DNA of 64,000 bases from an uncultured Spirochaetota bacterium (GCA_963734495.1 CAVTHK010000001.1:608001-672000); one strand, 5' to 3'. Positions 1 through 10,723 are shown, counted from the stretch's first letter. A program made the numbers and translations. Notes: generated by a model not told the origin, from the letters alone.

Positions 1-275
1 ACTACCTCGTCTCGGCCGTCATCAGCTACGGCACGGGCATGATCGTCAACTACGCTTTGAGCATCCTCTGGGTCTTCCCGTCCAGGAAGCTCAAGAGCCG
101 CGCGGTCGAGTTCGGCGCGTTCGTGGCCATCGGGCTCGCGGGGATGGGCATCAACGAGGCGCTGCTGTGGCTCCTCACAGACGTGCTGCGGCTGTACTAC
201 CTGGTCTCCCGCGGGGTGTCCGCGGTGGTCGGGTTCGTCTGGAAGTTCGTCGCGCGCAAAGTGGCGCTATTCTGA
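1..275 (+). CDS. GtrA-family membrane protein (5' end outside window)
   Basis: Short hydrophobic protein YYLVSAVISY..VNY.LS..WVF ... F..IGL.G..INE.LLWLL...YYLVS..V...V.FVWKF..RK..LF, the typical GtrA pattern. Confidence 0.75.
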   Translation, partial: YLVSAVISYGTGMIVNYALSILWVFPSRKLKSRAVEFGAFVAIGLAGMGINEALLWLLTDVLRLYYLVSRGVSAVVGFVWKFVARKVALF

Positions 276-948
276 CCTGCGCTCGACCTTTACCACGAGC
301 CTGACCAGGACAGCGGCGCAGGCGGCGGCGTAGAACGCCGCGTACGGCAGCACCACCCACCGCAGCGCGCCCGCGATCGCGCCCGCGAGCACCGCGGGCA
401 TCAGCAGCCCCGTGATGCCGAGGTTCTCGCTGACACGCTTCTCCAGCGAGGCGCGCTGCGGTGCGGCAGCGGCGGCCGCCGGGGCGGATGTTGCGGAAGC
501 TCTGGTGCGCCACCCGCATGAGGAGGTTGCACGCGGCGGCAACGCCGCCGGCCAGCGGCGCGCCCGCGGCCGCGCCCGCCGCAAGCAGCACCGCGGTGTA
601 CGCGACGTAGCCGCCGAGGGCGTCGACCCAGGGGCCGTACGCGCTCCCGCCCCGCACCCGCGCGACGTTCCCGTCCACGCAGTCGAGCACGGCGAAGAGG
701 TTAAAGAGCGCAGCTCCCGCGATCACCGCCGCCCGGCCGCCGGCGGCCATCAGCGCCGCGGCTGCGAGGCACACCACGATGCCGAAATAGGTGACGGCGT
801 TCGCGCTCGCCCCCAGAGCGAGCGCCACGGCCGAGAGCGGGATCGAGAGCGGCCGCAGGGCGACTCGCGACCAGACCGAGTCCGGCGACGCAGCGCCTCT
901 CGGCACCGTGCGCGCTATTTCGGCGAGAGAGACCCACCTGCCCGACAT
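267..948 (-). CDS. CDP-alcohol phosphatidyltransferase family protein (frameshift near 480)
   Basis: Motif DCVDGNVARVRGGSAYGPWVD (DxxDGxxAR..G..xxD) and SANAVT helix; the C-terminus continues in ORF 267..584. Confidence 0.75.
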
Positions 949-1020
949 ACGCCTTCACCTGACCTTTGTTCCAGCGCCAAGCGTAGACTGCGGCGCGCGC
1001 CCGCGCTATGCTCTCGCGCG

Positions 1021-2106
1021 GTGAAACCGCGGCTCGGGATCTTCACGCGCCCCATCGACCAGGGCACGAGCGGGAGCGGAGCGCACCTGCTCGAGATCGT
1101 CAGCGCCTTCATGGCGATCAACCGCGATTTCGAGCTGACGCTCATCCACTACGAGCGCAGCGACCGCGAGATCTACGCCCGCGCGCGCGAGCTCGTCGTC
1201 CCGAGGAGCCCCATCGGCGCGGCCCGCGCCCTGGCGCGCGAGCGCTTCGACGTCGTCCACTACAGCCCGCTCACGATCTACGCGCCCCTCTGGGGGGTGA
1301 GGGCGCGGAAGGTCGCGACGATCCACGGCGTGGAGCAGCTTCTGCTGCCGCGCTTCTACCCGGCCGCCACGTACGCCCACGAGCTGCTGGTGGTGCCGCC
1401 CTACGCGCGGGCGATGGACGCGATCGTCACGGTGTCCGAGACGACGCGCGCCTTTATCGCGCGGCGCTACCGGATCCCGCCGCAGCGCATCACGGTGTGC
1501 CCGAACGCTGTGAGCGCGGCCTATCGCGTGATGCCCCGCACGGAAGTCTCCGCGCCCGCGCGTCACGGCATCGCCGGCCCTTACGTCATCCACGTGAGCC
1601 GCTTCTCGGAGCGCAAGAACCCGTGGACGATGCTGCGGGCCTTCGCGGCGTTCGCGGCCTCGCCCGAAGGCCGCGATCACAGCCTCGTGCTCCTCGGCAA
1701 AGGGTGGGACTCGGAACGGGTCCGCGATTTTGGCAGCCCCTCGGGGAAGCTCGTTGCGCCGGGCTACGTGAGCGAGCGCGACAAGGTCGAGCTGCTGAAC
1801 GCGGCCTCCCTGTTCCTCTACCCTTCGTTCGCCGAGGGGTTCGGCATGCCCAACCTCGAAGCGATGGCCTGCGGGTGCCCCGTGGTCACGTCGCGGGCCT
1901 TCGCGATCCCGGAGATCGTCGGCGACGCGGCGCTGATGATCGACGATCCGCGCGACCACGCGGGCCTCGCCGCGCTCATGTCCCGGGTGGTCCGAGAGCC
2001 CGCCCTGCGCGCTTCGCTCGTGGAGCGCGGCCTCGGGCGCGCGGCCGCATTCTCGTGGGAGGAAAGCGCGCGGCGCCTCCTCGAGGTCTACAGGCGCCTG
2101 CTCTGA
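1021..2106 (+). CDS. Glycosyltransferase family 4 (GT-B)
   Basis: GTG start; ERKN and YPSFAEGFGMPNLEAMACGCPVV motifs, FSWEESAR C-terminus. Confidence 0.9.
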   Translation: MKPRLGIFTRPIDQGTSGSGAHLLEIVSAFMAINRDFELTLIHYERSDREIYARARELVVPRSPIGAARALARERFDVVHYSPLTIYAPLWGVRARKVATIHGVEQLLLPRFYPAATYAHELLVVPPYARAMDAIVTVSETTRAFIARRYRIPPQRITVCPNAVSAAYRVMPRTEVSAPARHGIAGPYVIHVSRFSERKNPWTMLRAFAAFAASPEGRDHSLVLLGKGWDSERVRDFGSPSGKLVAPGYVSERDKVELLNAASLFLYPSFAEGFGMPNLEAMACGCPVVTSRAFAIPEIVGDAALMIDDPRDHAGLAALMSRVVREPALRASLVERGLGRAAAFSWEESARRLLEVYRRLL

Positions 2107-2135
2107 CCGCGGCGTGTCGCCGCGGCCCCGGCTCT

Positions 2136-3305
2136 TCAGGTCCCGTGGACGCGCCTGCAGACCTCGCGGAGCAGCTTCTCGAACTCGCCGGTCCAGTCGA
2201 AGTCGAAGTGCGCCCTCCTTGCGCGGCAGAGAGCTGCCACGCGCTCGTAGGCCGCGGGGTCGCGGTAGAGGGCGAGGATGCGGTCGGCGATCGCCTGCGC
2301 GTCGCCGGGCGGGAACAGGAGCTCCGGGGCGCGCAGCATGTCGGGGATCCCGCCGACCCAGGTCCCGATCACCGGCGTGCCGACGTGCAGCGCCTCGAGG
2401 ACCGCGCCGGGGTAGCTGTCGAACAGCGACGGGACGATCACGAGGTCGGCCGCCGCGGTCATCGGGAATGTGTCGGCGACCCAGCCGTGGAACTTCACCA
2501 TGCCCTGGATGCCCGCGCTGCGCACCCGCGATTCGAGCTCGCCGCGCCCCTCGCCCTGGCCCACGACGTCGATCGAAAGATCGCGCACGCCGGCGGCGGC
2601 GACGATCTCCACGGCGCGGATCAGGTGCGCGACCCCCTTGCGCTCGCCCAGGCCGCCGACAAAGAGGATGCGCCGGAGCGATCGGCTCGCGTTGGACCCC
2701 GCCATCTCCTGCCTGAAACGCGGGAGCCGGATGTCCGCCCTCACGACCCGCACGCGCAGGCGCGACGCCGGCTCCCGCGAGACGAAGTCTTCCAGGTCGT
2801 AGCCGCTCTGGAACACGACCAGGTCGGCCGCGCGGGCGATCATCCGCTCGTAGCGGCGAGCCTTGGTCAGGTCCCAGAGGATGCCCGCGGCGACCAGCGG
2901 CCTGAACATGTTCTCGCGCACCGATATGAGCTCTTCCCGTACGGTGTTGTGCCTCTGAACGTAGAGCAGCGGGGCGCGCAGACGACGCCTGAGCAGGGCG
3001 GCGGCCGGGAGATGGCTCTCGCCGAAGGCCATGATGACGTCGATCGCCGGGGCCTGCGCGCGGATCGTCTGCAGCCCGTTGCGCACCGCGGCGCGGAAGG
3101 CGAGTGCCGCCGGCCTCAGAGCGCCGGGGACGTAGGGGACCGGGAAGCGGATGGGACGGAAGTGCGCGGGGAGGTAATCGAGGGAGGTGTTGAGGATGAC
3201 GCTGACGGCGTTGCCGCGGGCGGCCAGGCCCTCCATGAGATCGAGGTAGCGCGTGTGCCCCCCGGTGCGTATCTCGTGGTTCAGGAGGAGCCCGAGGATG
3301 TTCAT
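2136..3305 (-). CDS. Glycosyltransferase family 4
   Basis: MNILGLLLNHEIRTGGH start; GERKG and VPSLFDSYPGAVLEALHVGTPVIG motifs. Confidence 0.85.
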   Translation of the reverse strand: MNILGLLLNHEIRTGGHTRYLDLMEGLAARGNAVSVILNTSLDYLPAHFRPIRFPVPYVPGALRPAALAFRAAVRNGLQTIRAQAPAIDVIMAFGESHLPAAALLRRRLRAPLLYVQRHNTVREELISVRENMFRPLVAAGILWDLTKARRYERMIARAADLVVFQSGYDLEDFVSREPASRLRVRVVRADIRLPRFRQEMAGSNASRSLRRILFVGGLGERKGVAHLIRAVEIVAAAGVRDLSIDVVGQGEGRGELESRVRSAGIQGMVKFHGWVADTFPMTAAADLVIVPSLFDSYPGAVLEALHVGTPVIGTWVGGIPDMLRAPELLFPPGDAQAIADRILALYRDPAAYERVAALCRARRAHFDFDWTGEFEKLLREVCRRVHGT

Positions 3306-4463
3306 GGCGCCGCCGCACCCTGTGCAGTGCGCATCGCGTCGGCGAATGCGGCGCCCCAGTCGAAGCGGAACGCGCCGGCGCGGGCGCGGCAGAGCTCCCG
3401 GGCGCGCAGGTAGAGGGTGGGGGACTCGAGCATCGCCCGGATCCTGTCGCGGATGGCCTCGGCGCTCATGGGCTCGAAGAGCAGCTCGTCCCGGCCGAGC
3501 ATGTCGGGGAGTCCGCCCACGCGGCTTCCGATCACCGGGGTGCCGACATGCAGCGCTTCCAGAACGACGTCCGGGTAGCTGTCGAACAGCGAAGGCACCA
3601 CCATGAGATCGGCGGCGCCGATGAGCGGGAACGGATCGCTCTGCCGGCCGAGGAGCCGGATGCGGCCGTTCATGCCCAGACGATCGACGTGGTCCTGCCA
3701 TTTCGACAGCGCCGGGCCCCAGCCGATCACGTCGAGCGAGACGTCGCAGCCGGCGCCGATCAGCTGCTCGACGGCAGCCATGAGGTACCGGATGCCCTTG
3801 CGCTCCCCGAAGTTCCCGACGAACACGAGCCGCTGCAGTCTCGTGCTGCGATTGATGTCCCTGTCGGCGGCCCGGAAGCGCGGCCCGCCGATGTTGCCGC
3901 GAATGACCACGGTCCTCCCCGCTGCCGCCGGCACTCGCGAGAGGTAGTCACGCTCGTCGAAGGCGCTCTGGAACACCAGAAGGTCGGACCGCGCCGCGAT
4001 GAAGCGCTCGTACGCCCTGAACTTGATCATCTCGAAGCGGATGCGCGCCCGAGCCACGCCCCGCCTGGAGTTCTCGCGGAGCGACATCAGCGCCTCGGCC
4101 ACCGCGTTGCTGCGGTAGGCGAAGGCGAGCTTCGCGTGCAGCAGCGCCTTGAGCAGGAGACCCGCGAGGAAGTGGCTCTCGCCGTGGACCATGACCCAGT
4201 CGGCCCCCGCGGCCTCGGCCTTGATCCGCCTTCCTGCGCGGGCGATCGCGAGCGCCGCGCGGAGCGAAAACGGCAGGGGCCGTTTGCGCGGCTCGGGCGG
4301 CAGAGCTAGCGAGCCGCGCGCGCTCCGTGGCGAAGTCCAGGCCTTCGCCCCTGATCAGCACGACGTCGTTTCCGAGGCGCGCGAGATCGTCGGCCAGCTC
4401 GAGGTACCTGCGGTGGCCGCCGGTGCGGATGGCGGGGTTCAGGAAGACGCAGACGATCTTCAT
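3302..4463 (-). CDS. Glycosyltransferase family 4, paralog of 2136..3305 (frameshift(s) near 4240-4310)
   Basis: N-terminus MKIVCVFLNPAIRTGGHRRYLEL in ORF 3948..4976, remainder in ORF 3302..4192 with VPSLFDSYPDVVLEALHVGTPVIG. Confidence 0.8.
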
Positions 4464-5572
4464 GCGCGATCCCGCACCAGACCGCAGGCGAAGTCGTACA
4501 TCTGCTCGAGGCGTGAGCGCCAGTCGAGGCGTCTCCTGGAGAACTCGCGCATGTCTTGGGATATCCCGTGGCCGGCGGTGACACGGGCGGCGAACTCCAC
4601 GACCCGGCCGATGTCGATCGGGCTGTCGTTGCCGTCCATCTTGAGCGCGAAGGCGGCGTCGGCGGGGATGTCGCTGTCGTCGTACGCGTATATGAACGGG
4701 ATGCCTCGAGCGGCATACTCGCGAACCTTCAGCGCGCATGCCTCGCGCATGCCCTTGCGATGCACCGCCAGCGACCCGACCGCCAGAGTCGCTTCTCCCA
4801 TTCGCCGTTCCAGGTCGCTCCCGTAGACCGGACCGACGATCCTCACGATGTGGCGGCCCTGCGCGTTGATCCTCTCTGCTTCCTGGACGAGCTCGCGATC
4901 GGGGCTCCCGATCAGCGCGAGCTCTATCGATACTCCTTCGCCGTAGACGCGCAGCCCATCCAGGAGCCTGTCGCAACCTTGCCAGGTCTGGAAGCTCGAC
5001 GCTACCATGACGAGCTTGAGAGTTCTGCCGTCAAACGGAACGAAGCGCGTGAACCCCGTGGCGCCGACGTCGATCCCGTTTGTGACCGTGGCCGAGGGCT
5101 TCGGCCTACGTCCTGCCTTCGCGACCTCGAGCCTGCGGATCTCGTTGGTGACCCCGATGATGCCGGCCACGCGTCCCAGCACGTAGCGGCTCGCGAGGCG
5201 GACAGCACACGCGAGGACCGCGCGTTTGAACGACCTGCCTGCCCGCAACTCGGCGATCTCGTCGGTGTGGTGCTCCGTGATGATCCTGCCTCCTTGACGC
5301 GCCGCGGCCAGCAGGAGGCCGAGCGGCACCTTGGGGAAACGCAGGATGGCCATGTCGCACGTTGCCAGGGCATCCCCGATCTGGCGCAGATTCGAGAGAT
5401 TGTCGCGGAGGATCGACAGCGGGCTCCAGCGGCCGCGGCGATCATCGGCGCCGGCAAGAGCTCGGAACTCCAGGCCAAGCCCCATTTCGGAGGCAATCGC
5501 CGCCTGCTGCCTGAGCTTGCGCTCGACGCCACCGCCGGGCGAAGAGTCGAGATGGGCCACGCGAGCCTTCAT
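4460..5572 (-). CDS. Glycosyltransferase (GT-B, GT4-like)
   Basis: MKARVAHLDSSPGGGVERKL start; WQGCDRLLDGL and ACALKVREYAARGIPF motifs. Confidence 0.75.
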   Translation of the reverse strand: MKARVAHLDSSPGGGVERKLRQQAAIASEMGLGLEFRALAGADDRRGRWSPLSILRDNLSNLRQIGDALATCDMAILRFPKVPLGLLLAAARQGGRIITEHHTDEIAELRAGRSFKRAVLACAVRLASRYVLGRVAGIIGVTNEIRRLEVAKAGRRPKPSATVTNGIDVGATGFTRFVPFDGRTLKLVMVASSFQTWQGCDRLLDGLRVYGEGVSIELALIGSPDRELVQEAERINAQGRHIVRIVGPVYGSDLERRMGEATLAVGSLAVHRKGMREACALKVREYAARGIPFIYAYDDSDIPADAAFALKMDGNDSPIDIGRVVEFAARVTAGHGISQDMREFSRRRLDWRSRLEQMYDFACGLVRDRA

Positions 5573-6567
5573 CAGCGGGCCCCGGATTCCGCGATGGGCC
5601 CCGTCGATTCCCGTCGGTCGTGCGACGCCAGGACAGCGCGCTGGGCGCGGAACCATTCGCAGGTTCTCCTCAGCCCCTCGTCCAGGGAGATGGAGGATTG
5701 CCAGCCGAGATTCCGCAGGCGCGAGACATCGAGCAGCTTGCGCGGGGTGCCGTTGGGACGGGAGGCGTCCCACAGGATGCGACCCCTGTATCCCACCGCG
5801 GAGGCCACCTTTTCGGCCAGGTCCTTGATGGTGATGTCGTCGCCGGTGCCGATATTCAGGAGCTCCCCAGCATCGCGGGTGTCGTGATGCTCCATGAGAA
5901 AGACGACGGCGTCGGCCAGATCGTCCACGTATAGAAACTCGCGCCTTGGAGAGCCGTCGCCCCAGAGCGTCACGGGCCCGTCGCTGTCCAGGGCGTCCGC
6001 CATCTTGCGGATCAGCGCGGGCAGGACGTGAGAGCTCTGCGTATCGAAGTTGTCGTGGGGACCGTAGAGATTGGACGGCATGACGGACAGAAACTGCGTC
6101 CCGTACTGCCGGTTGTAGGAAGAGCAGAGCTTGACGGCGGCAATCTTGGCCACGGCGTAGGGCTCGTTGGTGTCTTCAAGCGGGCCGGTGAGGAGGTACT
6201 CCTCCTTGAGCGGCTGCGGCGCAAGCCGCGGATAGATGCAGGACGAGCCGAGGTTCAGCAGCTTCTTCGCCCCTGCAAGGCAGGCCGCGTGGATCACGTT
6301 CGCGGACATCATGATGTTGTCGTAGATGAACTCGGCCCTGCGCGTGCTGTTGGCGAGGATCCCGCCCACGGTTCCGGCGGCGAAGAAGACGCAGTCGGGC
6401 TTTTCGCGCAGAAAGAACGCGTTGGTCGCCTGCTGGTCTCTCAGGTCGAGCTCCCCGCGCGTGCGAACGACGATGTTGCCGTAGCCGCGTGCGACGAGCC
6501 GGCGCAGGATGGCAGACCCGACCAGGCCCCTGTGGCCCGCGACGTATACTCTGTCGCTGGTGTGCAC
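5572..6567 (-). CDS. fcl: GDP-L-fucose synthase
   Basis: VAGHRGLVGSA, VGGILAN, GSSCIYP, YAVAKIA, NLYGPHDNF, REFLYVDD, GTPRKLLD. Confidence 0.95.
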   Translation of the reverse strand: MHTSDRVYVAGHRGLVGSAILRRLVARGYGNIVVRTRGELDLRDQQATNAFFLREKPDCVFFAAGTVGGILANSTRRAEFIYDNIMMSANVIHAACLAGAKKLLNLGSSCIYPRLAPQPLKEEYLLTGPLEDTNEPYAVAKIAAVKLCSSYNRQYGTQFLSVMPSNLYGPHDNFDTQSSHVLPALIRKMADALDSDGPVTLWGDGSPRREFLYVDDLADAVVFLMEHHDTRDAGELLNIGTGDDITIKDLAEKVASAVGYRGRILWDASRPNGTPRKLLDVSRLRNLGWQSSISLDEGLRRTCEWFRAQRAVLASHDRRESTGPIAESGAR

Positions 6568-6599
6568 GGAATTCCTCCGCCGCGGCGGCGACGTCGCGC

Positions 6600-7685
6600 C
6601 TACTCCTGGCCTCTGGCGTCGTCGAAGCCGCCCTTGCTCAGGTACGCGTCCCGCTCCGCCTCCCGCAGGTCGGAGGCGACCATCATCCTGACCAGCTCGG
6701 AGAACCCGACGGACGGTCGCCATCCCAGCTTCGTCCTGGCCCTGGACGGGTCACCGAGCAGATGCTCGGCCTCGCTCGGCCGGAAATAGCGCGGATCCAC
6801 CTGGATGCGGACGCTGCCCGTCGATGCGTCGATTCCCTGCTCGCCGGCGCCGCGCCCGCGCCATTCGATGTCGATGCCGGCGCAGGCGAATGCCTCCTGC
6901 GCGAACTCTCGAACCGAGTGGCTCTGCCCCGTCGCGATCACGTAGTCGTCCGGCTCGGGGGCCTGCAGCATCAGCCACATCGCCTCCGCGTAGTCGCCCG
7001 CAAATCCCCAGTCCCGCGTGGCATCGAGATTGCCGAGGTACAGCCGATCCAGGAGCCCCATCTTGATGGCGGCGACGGCCCGCGTGATTTTCCTGGTCAC
7101 GAAAGTCTCCCCGCGGCGCGGGCCTTCGTGATTGAACAGGATCCCGTTGCAGGCGAACAGACCGTATGCCTCCCGGTAGTTCACCGTGATCCAGTGGGCG
7201 TAAACCTTGGCCGCGCCGTAAGGGCTGCGGGGATGGAACGGGGTCGATTCTCTCTGCGGGGTCTCCTGCGCCTGGCCGAACATCTCGCTGGTCGATGCCT
7301 GGTAGAAGCGCACCCGGTCGGTCAGCCCCAGGATGCGGACCGCCTCCAGCAGGCGCAGGGTCCCCAGGGCGTCGGAGTTGGCCGTGTATTCGGGAGTCTC
7401 GAAGGATACCTTGACGTGGCTTTGCGCACCCAGGTTGTAAATCTCGTCGGGCTGCACTTCCTGGATGATGCGGATCAGGTTGGAGGAATCCGTCAGATCT
7501 CCATAGTGGAGGCTGAAGCGGACTTCGGATTCGTGAGGATCCTGGTAGAGGTGATCGATGCGATCCGTGTTGAAGAGCGAGGCGCGGCGCTTGATCCCGT
7601 GAACGCGGTACTGCCTGGAGAGCAGGAGCTCAGACAGATACGAGCCGTCCTGTCCGGTGACGCCCGTGATCAGCGCCGTCTTCAA
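6600..7685 (-). CDS. gmd: GDP-mannose 4,6-dehydratase
   Basis: [42 protein letters not shown]. Confidence 0.97.
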   Translation of the reverse strand: MKTALITGVTGQDGSYLSELLLSRQYRVHGIKRRASLFNTDRIDHLYQDPHESEVRFSLHYGDLTDSSNLIRIIQEVQPDEIYNLGAQSHVKVSFETPEYTANSDALGTLRLLEAVRILGLTDRVRFYQASTSEMFGQAQETPQRESTPFHPRSPYGAAKVYAHWITVNYREAYGLFACNGILFNHEGPRRGETFVTRKITRAVAAIKMGLLDRLYLGNLDATRDWGFAGDYAEAMWLMLQAPEPDDYVIATGQSHSVREFAQEAFACAGIDIEWRGRGAGEQGIDASTGSVRIQVDPRYFRPSEAEHLLGDPSRARTKLGWRPSVGFSELVRMMVASDLREAERDAYLSKGGFDDARGQE

Positions 7686-7718
7686 ACCATCGTCTCCCGT
7701 GGCGGATTGTCTTCCGTC

Positions 7719-9038
7719 TCAGAGCTTGCTGATCCGATCTGTCTCGACGACCCGCGTCTTGATCGCGTTGCGGAAGTCGACAATGAGCCGCGAGAGCGAC
7801 GCGATGCGATCCACGTCGAACGCGCTGTGATTCGTGGCGAACACGACACAGTCCGCCGTCCTGATCAGCTCATCGGTGAGGTCCTGGCTCTTGTAGGGGC
7901 GGCCTTCGTGGGTCTTCACCTCAGGGATGTACGGATCGTGGTAGATGACCTCGGCCCTTTTCCTCGCCACCTCGTCCATGACCGAGAGCACGGGAGACTC
8001 GCGGGGATCATTGATGTCCGGCTTGTAGGCCACCCCCAGAAAGAGGACGCGCGACGAGCTCAACGGCTTCCCCTGCCGGTTCAGCGCGTAGGCGATCTTG
8101 TTCATCATGCGGTGGGGCATCAGCGTGTTGATCTGGCCGGCGGTGTGGATCATCGAAAGGTCAAAGTTGTATTCCTTGGCGACGTACTCCAGGTAGAACG
8201 GGTCGAGCGGAATGCAGTGGCCTCCGATTCCCGGCCCCGGATAGAACGCCTGAAACCCGTAGGGTTTCGTCTTGGCGGCCTCGATCACCTCCCAGATGTT
8301 GATGTCCATCTTGCCGGCGAGCAGCGCGAGCTCGTTGATCAGGGAGATGTTCACCAGCCGGTACGTGTTCTCGAGGATCTTGACCATCTCGGCGACCCGC
8401 GGCGAGGAAACTGGATGCAGCTCCTTGATGGCCTTGCCGTACAGGCCGACGGCAAGCTTCTGCGCCCGCTCGCCGAGCCCTCCCACGACCTTGGGGGTGT
8501 TCTCGGTCTTGTACTGCTTGTTGCCGGGGTCCACGCGCTCGGGCGAGTAGCAGAGCCAGAAGTCCTCGTCCAGCTTGAGGCCCGATACTTTCTCGATTAT
8601 GGGAAGCACGATATGCTCCGTCGTTGTCGGATACGTCGTGCTCTCCAGACAGATGAGACAGCCGGGCTTCATCGCGCGAGCGATGTCGTGGCACGCAGCT
8701 TCGATAAAGCTCATGTCCGGCTTCTTGAATCGGTCGAGAGGGGTGGGAACGCAGATGATCGCGGCGTCGCAGGAGCGGATCCGCGAAAAGTCATCCGTGG
8801 CGGTGAGCATGCCCGAGGAAACCACCGCGCTCAGCTCGGAATCAGCCACGTCGCTGATGTAGTTCCCCCCGCGGGCGACGCACTCAGTTTTCGACTTGTC
8901 CTTGTCGAAGCCGATCGTGCGGATCCTTGCTTTCGCAAAGGCGACCGCCAGAGGCAGGCCTACGTACCCGAGCCCGAGAACTCCGACGACCGCGTTCCCG
9001 CTGTTGGTCTTCTGGAGAAGCGACTGGTAGTGATCCAT
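7719..9038 (-). CDS. wbpA: UDP-N-acetylglucosamine 6-dehydrogenase (WbpA-like nucleotide-sugar dehydrogenase)
   Basis: GLGYVGLPLA, ESTTYP, SPERVDPG, KILENTYR, GGHCIPLDP, AYKPDINDPRESP; neighbours are wbpB/D/E-like. Confidence 0.85.
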   Translation of the reverse strand: MDHYQSLLQKTNSGNAVVGVLGLGYVGLPLAVAFAKARIRTIGFDKDKSKTECVARGGNYISDVADSELSAVVSSGMLTATDDFSRIRSCDAAIICVPTPLDRFKKPDMSFIEAACHDIARAMKPGCLICLESTTYPTTTEHIVLPIIEKVSGLKLDEDFWLCYSPERVDPGNKQYKTENTPKVVGGLGERAQKLAVGLYGKAIKELHPVSSPRVAEMVKILENTYRLVNISLINELALLAGKMDINIWEVIEAAKTKPYGFQAFYPGPGIGGHCIPLDPFYLEYVAKEYNFDLSMIHTAGQINTLMPHRMMNKIAYALNRQGKPLSSSRVLFLGVAYKPDINDPRESPVLSVMDEVARKRAEVIYHDPYIPEVKTHEGRPYKSQDLTDELIRTADCVVFATNHSAFDVDRIASLSRLIVDFRNAIKTRVVETDRISKL

Positions 9039-9039
9039 C

Positions 9040-9597
9040 CTATGCCTCCTTGAGCCCGTCACCGCTCGACTCGTATTTCTTTCCACACTGCGGGCAGACG
9101 AGGTCGACGAGCTTCGTCCCGCACGCGCAGACCCAGCCGTGGCTCTTCGCCGGATTGCCGTACACCAGCGCGTAGTCCGGAACGTCCCTCGTGACGACCG
9201 CCCCGGCGCCCACGAAGCTGTAGCGGCCGACCGTCACGCCGCACACGATCGTCGCGTTGGCCCCGATCGAAGCGCCTTTGCGGACCACGGTGGTCTTGTA
9301 TTCGGTCTTGCGCACCACGAAAGAGCGCGGATTCACGACGTTCGTGAAGACGCACGATGGGCCGCAGAATGCGTCGTCCTCTATGATGACGGAATCGTAG
9401 ATGGAGACGTTGTTCTGCACCTTCACGTTGTTGCCCAGAACAGCCTTGCCGCCGACGTTCACGTTCTGGCCGAGAACGCACCTGGCGCCGATCTGAGCTC
9501 CCGACATCACGTGACAGAAGTGCCAGATCCGCGTGCCGGCGCCGATCTTGCAGCCCTCGTCGACAAAAGAGGATTCGTGAACGAAGTATTCCGACAT
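9040..9597 (-). CDS. wbpD: Hexapeptide-repeat N-acetyltransferase (WbpD/WlbB-like)
   Basis: IWHFCHVMSGA.IG, LGQNV, KVQNNVSIY, CGPSCVFTNV.NPRS, C-terminal CxC..CxxC. Confidence 0.88.
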   Translation of the reverse strand: MSEYFVHESSFVDEGCKIGAGTRIWHFCHVMSGAQIGARCVLGQNVNVGGKAVLGNNVKVQNNVSIYDSVIIEDDAFCGPSCVFTNVVNPRSFVVRKTEYKTTVVRKGASIGANATIVCGVTVGRYSFVGAGAVVTRDVPDYALVYGNPAKSHGWVCACGTKLVDLVCPQCGKKYESSGDGLKEA

Positions 9598-9621
9598 ATC
9601 TTCCTTTCCAGACTGTCTCTG

Positions 9622-10716
9622 CTACAGGGAACTCACGGCGTCCCGGACGGCGCGGCAGACGCTTTCGATCTCGCTTTCTTTCAGAAAGGGATGCATCGGC
9701 AGCGACAGCACCTCCGCGGCCGCCCGTTGGGACTCGGGACAATCCACGGTGGGCGGCATTCCGCTGAAGGCCGGCTGAGCATGCAGCGGCGACGGGTAAT
9801 GGACAGCCGTCGGGACGCCGCGCTCTTCCATTTTCTTCCGGACCTGATCTCTCCCTCTTGATCTGATGGTGTACTGCGCCCAGACACAGAGATTGTGCGC
9901 GAGGACGCTCGGGGTCTGAACGACCCCCTCGAGCAGCTTTGTGTATGCAGCAGCGACTTTGTTGCGGGCCGCGATCTCCACGTCAAGGTGTCGCAGCTTG
10001 ACCCGCAGGACGGCCGCCTGGATGGTGTCCAGGCGGCTGTTGACCCCCACGAGGGCATGGCTGTATCGCTTTGACTGCCCGTGGTTGCGGAGCATCCGCA
10101 GCTTTCCGGCGAGCTCATCGTCGTCGGTGAACATGGCCCCGCCGTCGCCGTAACACCCGAGGGGTTTCGCCGGGAAGAACGACGTCGCCGCAACGCGGGA
10201 AAGGCCGCAGGACTTCCGGCCTCGGTAGGTCGCGCCGAACGATTGCGCCGCATCCTCCATGACCCAGAGTCCGTGCCTCGCGGCCACGGCGTTGATGGCA
10301 TCCATGTCGGCGCACTGGCCATAGAGCGACACGGGTATCAATCCCCTGGTTCTCGAGGTGATCTTCGCGGTGATCCGCGACGGATCCAGGTTGCAGGTGA
10401 CGGGATCGACGTCCACGAACACGGGGACCGCGCCGATCAGAGCCACCATCTCGGCGGTGGCGAAGAACGTGAAGTCCGGCACGATGATCTCGTCGCCGGG
10501 CTTGACGTCGAGAGCGAGGAGCGGGAGGAGGAGCGCGTCTGTGCCGTTGCCGCAGGCGACCGCATGTTTGACGCCGGTGTAGCGCGCAAGCTCCCCTTCG
10601 AGAGCGGCGATCTCTTCTCCACCGATGAACCTGCAGGAGGAAAGCACCTCCGCGACCGCCGCGTCGATCTCCTTCCGATACGCGTTGTACTGCGCTTTCA
10701 GATCAACAAACTCCAT
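9622..10716 (-). CDS. wbpE: DegT/DnrJ/EryC1/StrS PLP aminotransferase (WbpE/WlbC-like)
   Basis: MEFVDLKAQY, EDAAQSFGA, SFFPAKPLGCYGDGG, NSRLDTIQAA. Confidence 0.88.
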   Translation of the reverse strand: MEFVDLKAQYNAYRKEIDAAVAEVLSSCRFIGGEEIAALEGELARYTGVKHAVACGNGTDALLLPLLALDVKPGDEIIVPDFTFFATAEMVALIGAVPVFVDVDPVTCNLDPSRITAKITSRTRGLIPVSLYGQCADMDAINAVAARHGLWVMEDAAQSFGATYRGRKSCGLSRVAATSFFPAKPLGCYGDGGAMFTDDDELAGKLRMLRNHGQSKRYSHALVGVNSRLDTIQAAVLRVKLRHLDVEIAARNKVAAAYTKLLEGVVQTPSVLAHNLCVWAQYTIRSRGRDQVRKKMEERGVPTAVHYPSPLHAQPAFSGMPPTVDCPESQRAAAEVLSLPMHPFLKESEIESVCRAVRDAVSSL

Positions 10717-10723
10717 GCTGCTG

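Noticed and set aside
1006-9053. Long alternative-frame and antisense ORFs (e.g. 1006..3318, 1008..3413, 6489..9053; likewise 39305..41944 and 58822..60987)
   Set aside because: Arg/Gly/Pro-rich shadow ORFs expected in high-GC DNA, overlapping well-supported genes
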